Below are positions 1-17,172 of a DNA stretch of 64,000 nucleotides, one piece after another. The position numbers and the translations under genes are program-made. Under the pieces are notes generated by a model. The model saw only the letters and a list, made by a program, of their open reading frames with translations, was not told the origin of the DNA and ran no database searches. The stretch spans positions 9,362,001 to 9,426,000 of the forward strand of contig CM060731.1 in NCBI GenBank assembly GCA_030704615.1. The letters are read 5' to 3'. Source of the stretch: Takakia lepidozioides (taxonomy: Eukaryota; Plantae; Bryophyta). Position 1 is the first letter of the stretch, and each line of letters begins with the position of its first letter.

Positions 1-2232
1 CTACAACTTCTGTATCTTCAAAGACAGTATCTACACAAAACGAGTTAGGGCAAGCATTTTTACAACCTTTATGATCATATCTGGGTACTTCTCAGCAAGA
101 TCCTCTATGCTGGTGCCCCCTTTGCTGCATGCAATTATAACCTGCCATAAGGACAATAGTTAATGAAATTGATGCAGAGGGGTCTTAGTCCTAAGATGAT
201 GGGGGCAGTCTGGTCAACCAGCCCAGTCATACAAATGTCACCCAATGCAACTGACGTCACTGGTGCAAAGCTACACAGCAATACCAACCCATGCAGTTGC
301 TGTCACGGGGGATTGAGGTGTTTACAGGGCCGGCGCTGGCTCGATCCAGAGCAATTGCAAAATACATCTCATTAATTAATGCCAGTTTCTCGCACAGGAA
401 CACCTGCAGCCAATACAGATAGCACAAATGAGAAGAAGTCCAATATTGGTGTACAGGTCTTGTAGACAGAAGGAATAACCATACAAGTGAGGTACAGAGG
501 ATGCCTGCCCTGTGAGCTTACCATTTCCAAATTGTTTTTACTAAAGCAAAAAATATGCTGCAGTTGACCATCAAGTTGCATAAAGGAAAATATGGATATG
601 CAAAAACGGTAGAGTGGAAGAGGTGAGGGGGTGTCTGCATGGGTGGTAAGAAATTGAATCTCAAAGTGGGGCAGGTGGAGGACCACAGTCAATACCGTAT
701 TCACTGGCTTGCCCTCTGGTCCAGTCTGTTTGGTTACCAGTATTTGCCCCAGCATTTTTGCTGCATTTCCGAGACCCAACAAGTCAAATCACTTTTACCC
801 TTCAGTACCATTCGACAACACTGAAAATTGGGCCTCTCCTCTTGAGCATGAAGAGTCCGATCCACTAGAAGACTGCCACCAAATTGCCCTAGCCACCATC
901 CCTGATTTCTTCTTTAAAGATGGAGGGATTGGATAGAAAAGGTGGGTAGGCCTGTACCTGCTAAGGACTCTACCTCATCTCTAGGCACAATGTGCACTCC
1001 TCCCTTGAGCCCATTCTTGAATGTGCCCAATCCCCGCCCTCCTGCCAACACTTGACTCTTCACCACCAGCTGCATATCCGCCCATCCCTCTCAAGAAACT
1101 ACAGGAGCCTAGTTGAAAACAGATGCCCTATGATCCTCAAGCGAAAGCAAATCAAGTAAAGGAGCTGGCATAGACAAGGAGCTGCAAGTCACCTCCTCAT
1201 TCTTGGGAAAAGTCTCCTGAAGAACCTTGGGGACCTGTGCCGCTGAGGTAACCACCACACCCTTGGGCACATTGACTCCATACTTGCTCATCAGCTTTGC
1301 ACCCTGTGACTCACCAGCCCCTTGTGCGTCAGCTCTGCCAGCTATTGGACACCCTTAGATGCTTGACAGTGAAGGTTACTCACAAGGGTAAATCAGACAT
1401 TTCCCAGTTGGCAACAAACAAAGAGAGAGAATTGGAAGATCACTTCTATGATTTGCTGCAAGGGGTGCAATGTGATCCCTCATTGCAGCACTGGTGTGAT
1501 CAGTCAAAGGATTGTATATAATATGGTACAATGTGATTGGCCACGGTAGTGGCCAGCACATGAAGAGAGGGCAACCCTGGTTCATCAAGATCCGACTGAA
1601 ATGCCATGCCAATGAATGTCACATAATTCCCATTTCAACTGTGATCCTGTCACCTGCTCAAGTTTGGATTTTGTAAATCGTTCAGATGCACAATCGGGCT
1701 TGGTGGCGTCAGTAGAAAGTTAAGCCGCCCAAACAGAATGTCTCATACTGGACAAACAGATGAGGTGTTAATACGTTTTCCTCGCTAAAGGCCAAGCTTG
1801 ATGACAAGATTGGCTGAAAATGTTCTACTTTCTTTCCCGGAAATTTTTGTTTGACTATCCTTATTGCAGGGCTTCCTTGCCAGCCAATGTGTGTGGGGTA
1901 GCATGTGTACATTGGAAAAGTATTTCCTTCTCCCAGTCTCAAAAGACGATGACGCACCAATACATCGTGCTGCAAAACCCTACTGCCTCCAAAAGAGCTC
2001 AACCTGACTCTTAAATTCCTAGAAATTGGCAGGTAGCAAAACGATCAGATCGGATCAAGACAGAGCAGCAAACGGAAACCTGGTATTCATGCACGTTGAG
2101 GTGCCGCACTTGCTGCTGCCATGCTTTCTGCCCTTCCAGGCATTGCTTCTCCAAAGCTGCAGCGGGGAAATACGACGCACGGGCAGCAGCTGCTGCGCGC
2201 ACCACCGCTCTACTAGCTGCCCCTCTCACCAT
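1..2232 (-). CDS. Succinyl-CoA ligase beta subunit, mitochondrial (5' part; gene runs off the window start)
   Basis: GT-AG exons 2232-2080, 1303-1193, 1069-958, 760-696, 403-326 and 141-67 join in frame. The product reads MVRGAASR...[103 protein letters not shown]. These are SucC/SCS-beta ATP-grasp signatures, preceded by an Arg/Ala-rich presequence. Confidence 0.95.
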
Positions 2233-2933
2233 CTTCTTCTTTTCTTGGGTTTGTGAGCAGATCGCAGGAGCAGTACACAGAGGGCTCCCTGTGATGCAAC
2301 AGCGCACGCTTGGAGACCTGATCCCCTCTCTTTGCTCTCCGAAGGCAACAGTCTAGGTCAACCTAAAGTGGGGCAGCAACCTTACACACTTTGTGTCGGT
2401 ACAATATACTTGATAGATTCTACTAAACCCAGTAGAGTATCTTCACATTTTTTTTTTATGGGTTTTGCTTATATGCATTTCATTTGAAGCCTGCCCATTT
2501 GACTCACCTGGGTTTTCCTGATTTCACACTCCACACTTCTAGTGACTCCTTTGATGTATTATTAGTCTCAATGTGGCATGCCATGTGTGACATACTATCT
2601 CTGAATAGCCTGAGTAACTAGTAAACACATGTGGGTTTTTTAGTACCCTTTGCATGGTATCTCATCAGGGACTCACCCCCCTGGATTAGAAAACCCAGAA
2701 AGAGATTAGGGGTTTTATAATTGGAAAGCAACCCCACATTGGGAGTCAGGGAAGGTGTTGTGCAGTGGGAACAGGAAAGGCTACGGCGTCGGCTGGCGGG
2801 AGGGAAAAGGTGATAGCGAGTTTACCGTCTTTGCCCGCCACCCAGCCAACGCTACCAGTAGCTCATCAGGTTGCGCTTGCAGATTTGCAAACTTGGGGGC
2901 GGGATTGTGTGCAGCAATCACCGGGAATCAGTA
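2233..2933. promoter_or_regulatory. Probable bidirectional promoter/5'UTR region between SCS-beta and PRMT6
   Basis: The two start codons (2232 on -, 2934 on +) are divergent and ~700 bp apart. Confidence 0.55.
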
Positions 2934-8638
<5,705 letters not shown>

Positions 8639-9022
8639 TAATCCTGGTGCACGGACTCAATTTTGGAGCACATTTTTGGTTGTGATGAGTCAAAACCTCT
8701 AACTTCTGGTGCCAGTTAAGAGTCGAACTTGAGGAAGGTCTACATGAGCATTCAACTGTTAAATGCTGCCTGGTTGGCCTGTTTGCTGTTCACTTTACAT
8801 GGGCAACCAGAATTTGGACGGAGTGTCACCAGTGCCCCACAGCACCTACCCACAACGGCATGCACCTGTGTCTTGTCAAAGACCTGGACCAGTTGGCAGG
8901 TGGCTTTCCACTGGTCAGTTCCTCCAGAAATTCTTGCACTCGCAGCTGAAACGGCCCATCATTTGACTAGTTCTCTCTTGCTCATTGATAGGATTCATAG
9001 TGGTAGCCAAATATGAAGCAGT

Positions 9023-9249
9023 AACAGTCTTGTGGCCTTTTTTTACTCAATGTGGAACTTTGCGCCACAATTGAAATTCAATTTGTAGCTTGACATCAAA
9101 ACAGGCTTGTGGCCTTTTTTACTGAATGTGGAACTTCGTGCCATAATTGAAACTCAATTTGTAGCTTGACAACAACAGGCTTGTGGCCTTTTTTTACTCA
9201 ATGTTGGAACTTCGTGCCATAATTGAATTTCAACTCGTAGCTTGACAAC
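9023..9249. repeat. Three tandem ~75-bp repeats downstream of PRMT6
   Basis: The unit aacag(g/t)cttgtggcctttttt(t)act(c/g)aatgtggaactt(c/t)g(c/t)gcca(c/t)aattgaa...gtagcttgaca occurs three times. Confidence 0.9.
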
Positions 9250-10771
9250 GGTCATTCAAATTGCATTCCTCTTGCCACTGTGGAATGCTTGCCTGATTTT
9301 TCCCCCATCTGATCTAACTTGTTACACCCACATCCGGTGGATCCTGCTTAATTTCTAATTATTTTCGACTCCTCTGCTCTAGGGAGACTAGTCCAGCCAA
9401 GGTGTCTACTGACTTCTGTTGCAAGGGTTTCCGGGTTGAAGGTGCTTAGTAGTTGTGGCTTCATACGCCGATTGCGGTGAAGGTCAAGAATTTGTCATTA
9501 GATGTCTATGGTCACATTTCGTGTGGGTTTGACCAGCCATAAAATAAGACTGGAAAAATTGAATGGGTGACCTGCCCAAACAGAAATCAATCACAGGGTT
9601 GCTATTGCTGCCAAAGTTAGTATCTGCTGCCATGTTCTCTTGTTTGTAATCTGTAGAGATTAGTTGACCTCCTCAATTAAAATCTAGTTTCAAACCTAAA
9701 CTCCTCAGCTGCATAAGCATATAGAAACCTGTAGTTCCTCTGCTTTCTTACACCTGACTGATTGCAAGAGTGGCAAAATGTGCACATATGGAACGAAGAT
9801 GACTGGTTGAAGATGGTACTTGGTACCTAACCCAAGTTACCTTGTACATGGAACTTAATGTGTGAGAGACTGCCCAAGCTATTCATTTTAGCAAGCTTTA
9901 GGTGACTGCTGCTGCAGCTAGCCCCTGTAACAAAAAATGGTAATAGCCTCCTTGCTGTCTCTACTGGATTACTGAGACATTCATGTGTGTCAATTCTCAT
10001 GCAAGGTAATTTCTCACTACACTTCCCTGCTAAAAACAGACTTTAGCCCCCTTCATAGGAGGGCAAACATGCCAACTCCCCTGCGTGAAGCACCGCACAT
10101 ATCCTAAATCCTGCTGTTAATGGCAAGCACAGCTCAAATGATTATGGTGAGAAAGGAATGTTTGATTTCATGATTTGGAGCCTCAAAAACCCTTGGACCA
10201 AAGGTTTTGTTGACTGTATCAGACACTATGGTCGATACAGCCCTTTCAAGGTGGACTCAGGTGATAGTGTTGAACTACAACTTTTGTCTAAATCAAAACA
10301 TAACCCTCTTCCCTAGCCATGTAAACCCTCATAACTGTTCAGGCAGCTCCTAAATTCTTCTCACTGAAGCATTTGATCCAGTCTGCCCCCTAAGACACCA
10401 CACAACTGCCAGTTTCAAACATGCTCGAACCTACCTGTGCAGGTAGCCAACACCAACAGGTAGCACAACAATACCAAAAACCGAGACTTGAGCTAGACAC
10501 ATTAGAATTCCTGTCAGCAATGTGCTCGGTTAGCATTAAGGGTAATATACAGTCCTGTTCAGTGCACAATAGGTTGCTCCTGTGATAGAGGGGGAAGCAT
10601 AGCCACCCTTTCTCTCCAGTGTGGGCAAGTGAGACCTACTCCCAGTGTCAGATACAGTAACACACACACCTATTCTCATACTGGAGAACATGCCACTACC
10701 AGCACAGCTTCACTGGTGGCATCAGAGTACAGGTAAAAAGCAGCCTGGTAGACAGCTGGTTGAAAGATGAG

Positions 10772-12650
10772 TCACCTAGGGGAAGTGCCAAATGAGGAGC
10801 GGCGCACCATGAGACAGGTGATATTAGTTGGCTGGCCCATAACCTTGGGCAGGGTGCAGACCACATAGTCAGGCTTGTGCAAATGCAAGTTGAGCTGCTC
10901 CTTACCCAGCACTAGCTTGCTTGCATCCAATAGTACATGCCAGCAGTTGCGCTGTGCCTCTGATACCCAGTGCAGTGAATTACGAGCTTCCCGGAGGTCA
11001 GACGGGTATGCGAACAGACCCTTGGGGCTGTGGCGTGACTTCTTCCGGAAATATTGGGACAGCTGTGACCCTGGCTTTCGCAGGTCCAGCCAGCTTCCTG
11101 GTGCAGGCACAACCTTAGCTTCCTTGTATACTGCAAACTCCCGGATGCAGTCCGTGTCCTCTTCCAGCACTGACATGTAGTAGTTATACCGGAAGAATGG
11201 GTAGCTCTCCCCGACCAGCATCAGTGCTTCCTTCAACCCAGTGGTGAATACGACCAGGTACTCCTCCTCACTCACGCCACAATGCTTCAATACTCTATTT
11301 CGAGCATGCATTTCCGGCACTGAGATCGAATTGTCTGGTGATGATGATTTCTTGGTCAAAATATCCAGCAGACGTGATGGTTCTAGGGGCGTCTTTCTTG
11401 GTTCTGGAAGGGTGGTGGCAAAACAAGCTGATGATGCATCCTTCATAGAGCGCCGATCCACTGGTATGCCAGCACTGGTGCTGCCATCCTCACTAATCTC
11501 CCCCTCCTCCTTCGCACCTGGGTCAGTGTTGCTAATCAAACCCTCATAGTACTCGGGGTACCGAGCCTGCACATACTGCTCCACATAACGCATCTCCGCG
11601 GGCGTAATAGGTCCTGACCACCTCAAGTCCAACCCATGGAGTGATGAAATGGCCTCTGCTATGATGTGTGGAGGTATCACAAATGTACGAGCCTGCCAGG
11701 TCATCCCGTCCCTTCTCTGTCAGTCCACACTGCTCTCAATTCCTACCAACAACTGCCAATTGTGAAACATATGCGTGTCTCCAGGCAACAACTGTTAATC
11801 CTGCATGGTCTCATATTCCAAGCTTTTGTGACTTACTGGATCAATGGCCTGAAAAGTTTCCAAATTTGAACTGTGCACGTTCAAAAGCATTGCATAACAA
11901 GGCTCTGTTACGGTGCTAACCCACAATACAGCTCCTTCTGACTGCAGAGGGATACAAAGTATAATTATATGATCAGAAACACAAATTCCGTGCACAGTTT
12001 TCATAGCTTCATAACTTTGAAGTAGTTTTGCTGGAAGTGCAGACCAATCCACCAAAGGGAGTGAGGGGGAGGGGGGTGTATGGAGAGGTGGTGAACTCAG
12101 GGACTGCAATCAGTTCTAGCAGTGGTTCAAAGCACAGTGAAGTGCCATTGTGATAATGTACACAACATTACCAGGCATAACCACAGATTCTTATAAGTAA
12201 TTTGGCATCACTGCAGCTAATATGTTCCTGTTATTTGGTCAAACCACAGATTTCTCTAATGGAGAATCCCCATAGCTATGCTGAAATTGATAATACAGGT
12301 TGCCATAAACTCAGCATAGGCTCCGATACCATCGTAATAGTTGGTGACTTCACAATTTGTTACGAGATGAGTACATCCTGCACCTTAGAGAAATTCTACC
12401 AAACTGAAGGGACCTACAAATTAAGACAACCCAAGAGCGTTAACACCCAAATCTCGCATTAACGACTCTTTATCAGGTTGGCCACTACTCCAACTTGTTG
12501 TGTTCACAACCAACATTCCTCGAATCATCCTCGTGGCCGATGCTTAACCTTAGGGTACCACTCCTACGTACTGCTCGCCAGGAATTGAGCAAATGGCAGA
12601 AAGATGCATACCTTCGGCTCCTCCTCCTTGCTCAGCGGCTTGGGCCCCAT
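10772..12650 (-). CDS. Molybdenum-cofactor-sulfurase-like / class-V PLP-dependent transferase-fold protein (short plant family)
   Basis: The main exon 11716-10772 (310-aa ORF) has IPPHIIAEAISSLHGLDLRWSGPITP, ARNRVLKHCGVSEEEYLVVFT, LMLVGESYPF, GLFAYP, WVSEAQRNCWHVLLDAS and KPDYVVCTLPKVMGQP. The probable first exon is 12650-12612 (MGPKPLSKEEEPK|GT), in matching phase 0. Confidence 0.8.
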
Positions 12651-13511
12651 GCCTGCGTGCTTTCTCAACGCAGCTCAATTGGCCAGATATCCAACCTTCC
12701 CGCAATGCTTGGTACCACGGAAGAGCAACACTGCGTCTGATAAATGGACGAGTAGTGAGGAAGAGATGACCCACAAGCAATTCTAAGATTGCTAAGCAGA
12801 AGGATCAGTCCTTCATCGCTTTTTCACACCCATTTTGTAGATAGGGTGTGGAAAACCCGATCTGTACGATGACAAGCGACAGAGAAGGAATTACACACAG
12901 AGACCAAACAATCGTTGTACACCACCCACCCAATCCACTCCTGGGGCAATAAACAGGACTAGCAGTGCAGATGTAGATCGAATACGAGGGATCAATTGTG
13001 ATGGGCGAGATGGCATCCCCGAGATACCGCGTAGCTCAACAACAGGGCTCAGAATTTGTGAGCAGTAGCTTGGCATCAGTGTTGGTGCTCGCTGCTCCTC
13101 CGAGGCTCCTCTACACGAGCGAGGACACTTGTAAGACATCCATGTAGCCTTACCACAGGGCCCATTTTGTCTGTAACTGGTGCGTATATCTACCTCTTGT
13201 ATTTGGTCAAGATTCTCTTTCCTTTCCCATTAGTATTACCTGCCTGAAGGTACTTTACAGGAGATTCTCTGGCGTTCACACTCCACACCCAGTTCTTTGA
13301 GGTTCTCGTCTACATTACCTCCAGCGAGGTAGATATGCCCACAAGGTTCTCCGCAGAGCTTGAACCATGGGGAGAGAGAGCACGGTCTTGAAGCTTCGGA
13401 AAAGCTGGAAGGATTCGGGGTTGAGCTACCCAGATTCTGCGGGTTATTTGCTTCAGGAAGGAAATTTGGGTTTTGTAAGCATGACAAGGTAAGAGGTGCG
13501 TGAATGCAACA

Positions 13512-15655
13512 ATGGGGTTGTCAACGTCTGATCCGTTCTCTGTTGCAGCAGACAGAGGCTTTCTGCCTGAATCTGACCCCTTGCAGAGTCTCTCGTCCTC
13601 AAGATATGGACTTTGGGAGGAGACAGTAGAGAGTCTGCCCAAGTTGCTGGTTGCTTGGAAAGGAGACAGACTTCGACAGCACCTTGAAAACTTACCAGAG
13701 TTCGATTCAGCGAGTCTAATCAAAGAAGGGGACAAGAGAGAGATATGGAGAGCCATGCTCGTGCTCTCATTCATCGCCCATGCATATGTGTGGGGAGACC
13801 CAGCCGAGCCAGCGAAATGTCTACCCAAAGTGATTTCTGTGCCTTGGTTGGCCATAGCTGAAAACTTGGCCATGCCGCCCGTGCTGGTATATGCAACTTA
13901 TAATCTCTTGAACTGGCGGCGCTTGGACACGCACCTGCCAGTAGAACTGGGGAATATTGTGTGTCTCCATAACTTTTATGGAGGTCTGGATGAGGAATGG
14001 TTCAGGCTCATTCATATTGACATTGAAGCAAAAGCTGCGGTTTCGATCCAAGCGATTCTTGAAGCACAGAGAGGTGCGGCTGAGAAAGATGTGGTGAAGG
14101 TACTTCCTCCATCTTCGAGTGATTCCACACGTTATAACGATTATGGGTGCAACCAAAGAAATCTGAGATTTATTGCAGTCTTCACGGTTTCTGTTTCTTG
14201 GAAATTGCAGAGCTGTTGGATTATGATTTCTAGTACTTCGCATTCTTGTTTTTTATATTATGGAAAGTTCTCCTGTCTCTGTTTTAGCGCTTTACTTCAA
14301 TGCTTGGGGGACCAACTGCATGCAGTTCTCTCTTTCCCCTTCCTGGCTATCTTCAAACGGGGCCTTTTGTATTTGGCCCCAACGCTACGCCAGGAAATTC
14401 TAAACAGTAAATCAGCACCTCTCTTCTCAACACTCATTATCTGAGTGTTTGAGTTTAAGCTCCGAGGAACTGAAAGGCAATTCCTCTTCGCGTCTCTGGT
14501 GAACTCGGCCATATCACAATGGTTGGAACTTGTCCAACAACTATAGTTAGTCTAACCAGAGCTTTGTCAATTTATGCTCAGGTGAAGACATCTCTGGCAA
14601 TCATGACTTCAACCCTGCAGCTGATGCAGCGCAGTCTCAGTCGAATGGGGGAGAAATGTGATCCGTACATCTACTACCACCGCATTCGCAGGTTCATGTC
14701 TGGGTGGCGCGATAATCAGCAGCTGCCACAAGGCCTTTTATATGAGGGGGTCTCTTCCGACTCAAAGTTCTACTATGGGGAGACAGGGGCACAGTCATCA
14801 ATCATTCCTGCTTTTGATGCAGCCCTTAAAGTAGTTCATCCGCCTGGATGGCTCTCGGACTACTTGCAGGTGGGTCTCTAGTAGACAGTATTCTTCCTTG
14901 GTACTTGGTGAGCTGGGTAAGAAGTTTGATTGACACTTACGTGGGTGTCCGAACAAGGTGGATGTCGCCACATGCTCCATCCATTAACTGGGGTGAGCTT
15001 CTTCATTCCATCTGACTCTTGTCTTTGTCCATAAGCTCTTGGAGCTCCCATAGACGTTCCTTTGTTTCTGTCCTTCTCTGTGTCATGTTTTATGTGACAT
15101 TTAGTGAAAGGGAGAGATGGGTGCTGGCCCTCACCAGATCACTATTCTTGAGGCACTAATGATCACCACACACCTCAATGCAAAGATAACCGACCGGCTC
15201 TTACGTCAAAATCGATCACAGGCAAAGACTCCTGAATGACAAGATAGTAGAACTTGGTACCTAAGGTCAGGGCTTGAGCTTGATGCCTCAAAATTTGGAA
15301 TCACCGCATCTTTGTTTCAGATTTCCTAGTGATTTCAACTGTGCAGGTAATGCGGCAGCACATGCCTCTTGCTCACCGTCAATTACTGCAGGATATAGAG
15401 GGGAGGTCCAATATACGTGAGTTTGTACAGATGAACCAGGTGGATCTTGGTGAAGAATATGACTCATGTTTGCATGAGCTTTACAAGTTTCGTAATCTTC
15501 ATAAGGGCTACGCCCATGCCTACATCAAACAGCACAGTCCCAAGTGTGATGAACGAGGGACTGGAGGCACAGACTTCATGCCGTATCTCTCTCTACATGC
15601 ACATGCTACCCGAGACCATCTTCTTCAACCAGCCAACACCCACAACCTTCAATAA
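13512..15655 (+). CDS. IDO: Indoleamine 2,3-dioxygenase (IDO family heme dioxygenase), 3 exons, 394 aa
   Basis: Phase-0 GT-AG exons 13512-14099, 14582-14869 and 15347-15655. IDO motifs: RGFLP..DPL, LSFIAHAYVW, PPVLVYA...L.NW, F.GG.DEEWF.LIH..IE, CDP..YY..IR.FMSGW, GETGAQSS, MR.HMP..HR, proximal His in FRNLH, and the GTGGT loop. Confidence 0.92.
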
Positions 15656-17172
15656 TCTTTCTTCACATAGGGCTGACAAAATAATTTGTGTCCTCATCTT
15701 AAGACTTTTGATATGATTACAGGTCATTTGGTTTTTCAGAATGCAAGACTCTTTTTGTGTGATATAGACTAATCTCTATGCATCTCTCATTTCTTTTCGC
15801 TTCGGAAAATATGGTCTCTTTGTGCCTTCTCAATGGTGGCGGATGATATCCCCACTAGTGATCTACTTGTGAATGCAGTCTTCTGTTGATCCATCATTTC
15901 CAGGTCTTGCTATCAAAGTGATTCTATTTGCAGCATCCATCTTTAAGCCTAACCTTGCTCTAACCTTGTCATTTAGCAAAAGAAGAGGTTGCTTAGCATC
16001 TTGCTTGGAAAACACATGATAAGAGTTCGCCTTCTCTATTATGGCTGCCAGATGTTTGAAGGGACCTCTTTCAGATGCTGTTTTCTCTGTTTTTCCGCCC
16101 TATCCATAACTTAGACATAACCCTTGTTAAAGAAGCCAACAAACAAGCCATCGCCTATATAGCACACAAAAGTACACATCCAAAGATGAAACCACTCTAC
16201 GGTACTAATGCACAAATCAAACAAGCCTCAAACGACAGCTCTCTTGCTTTGCTTTGGCCAACATAAGAGGAAGGTAAGACTAGGGAGCATGACTCAGCAC
16301 AACACACCAATCAGCGCCGTCTCCGCAAAGTCTCTCTCTACAAGAAAGCCAATAAACATTCAAAGTCAGGTAAGCTCAATATATGGGACATTGACACAAT
16401 TACATCTTCTGGCCACATATATATCCCTCCCCCTACCGCCCTCTATGCTTGCAAACCCCTCACGCGTGACACATGGCCGCACATTCTCAGCCAATGCATC
16501 CACCCAATCGTACCTGCCATAATCATGCAGTTTGGCATATTCACAAACTTCTCATGAAACACCGAGAAATTAAATGGTCTGAAAGTGTTAAGTCAGCTGG
16601 AAGGGGAGTAGTGATCAGGCAGAAAAGACTGATCACAGAACTAAGAGACCAATCTGAGCACCCAAGAGTCATAATCAGCTCCCTTCTTAAAAGCAACCAT
16701 GCCATCAATTGTTTGGAAATGCAATCCTCTAGTAAGCTTCAAGCTTTCAGCTTGGGAGCGCATGAGTGGTGACCTGAACATGACTGGTAACTACTTCATA
16801 TTTTTCGCTCCTTGGCTGGGCACACGCAGATGCTTCAGACTGGCAGCTTCCTGAGCTTTGGGGCTGCTGCTCTCTGGGGAGCAAGAGGCCTTTGATCCCT
16901 CACCAGGCTTTGCAACTGGTCACTAAAAACAAACTGGATTTGTTCATGGCCAAACTCTTGGGCACTTTGTCTTTACTAATAATGACAGTGAACATATGAG
17001 TTTTGGGACCGCTAAACTGCTAATTAGGTCCTCTGCTAACTAGGTCCTCCAGCACTCCACAACATGGACAGACCCCAGACTTCCTATCGTTAAAAGTCCT
17101 GTATATCTTTATAAAAAGACTGTACAAAATGGGTAAAACTATCCCAAAGGGAAGAAGCAAAATCTCATAGAG

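Noticed and set aside
9023-9249. Regular repeats superficially like a CRISPR array
   Set aside because: Whole units repeat with no unique spacers, there are no cas genes, and the context is eukaryotic.
14100-14444. Hydrophobic C-terminal extension of the 314-aa IDO ORF
   Set aside because: Intron read-through; IDO homology resumes in phase at 14582.
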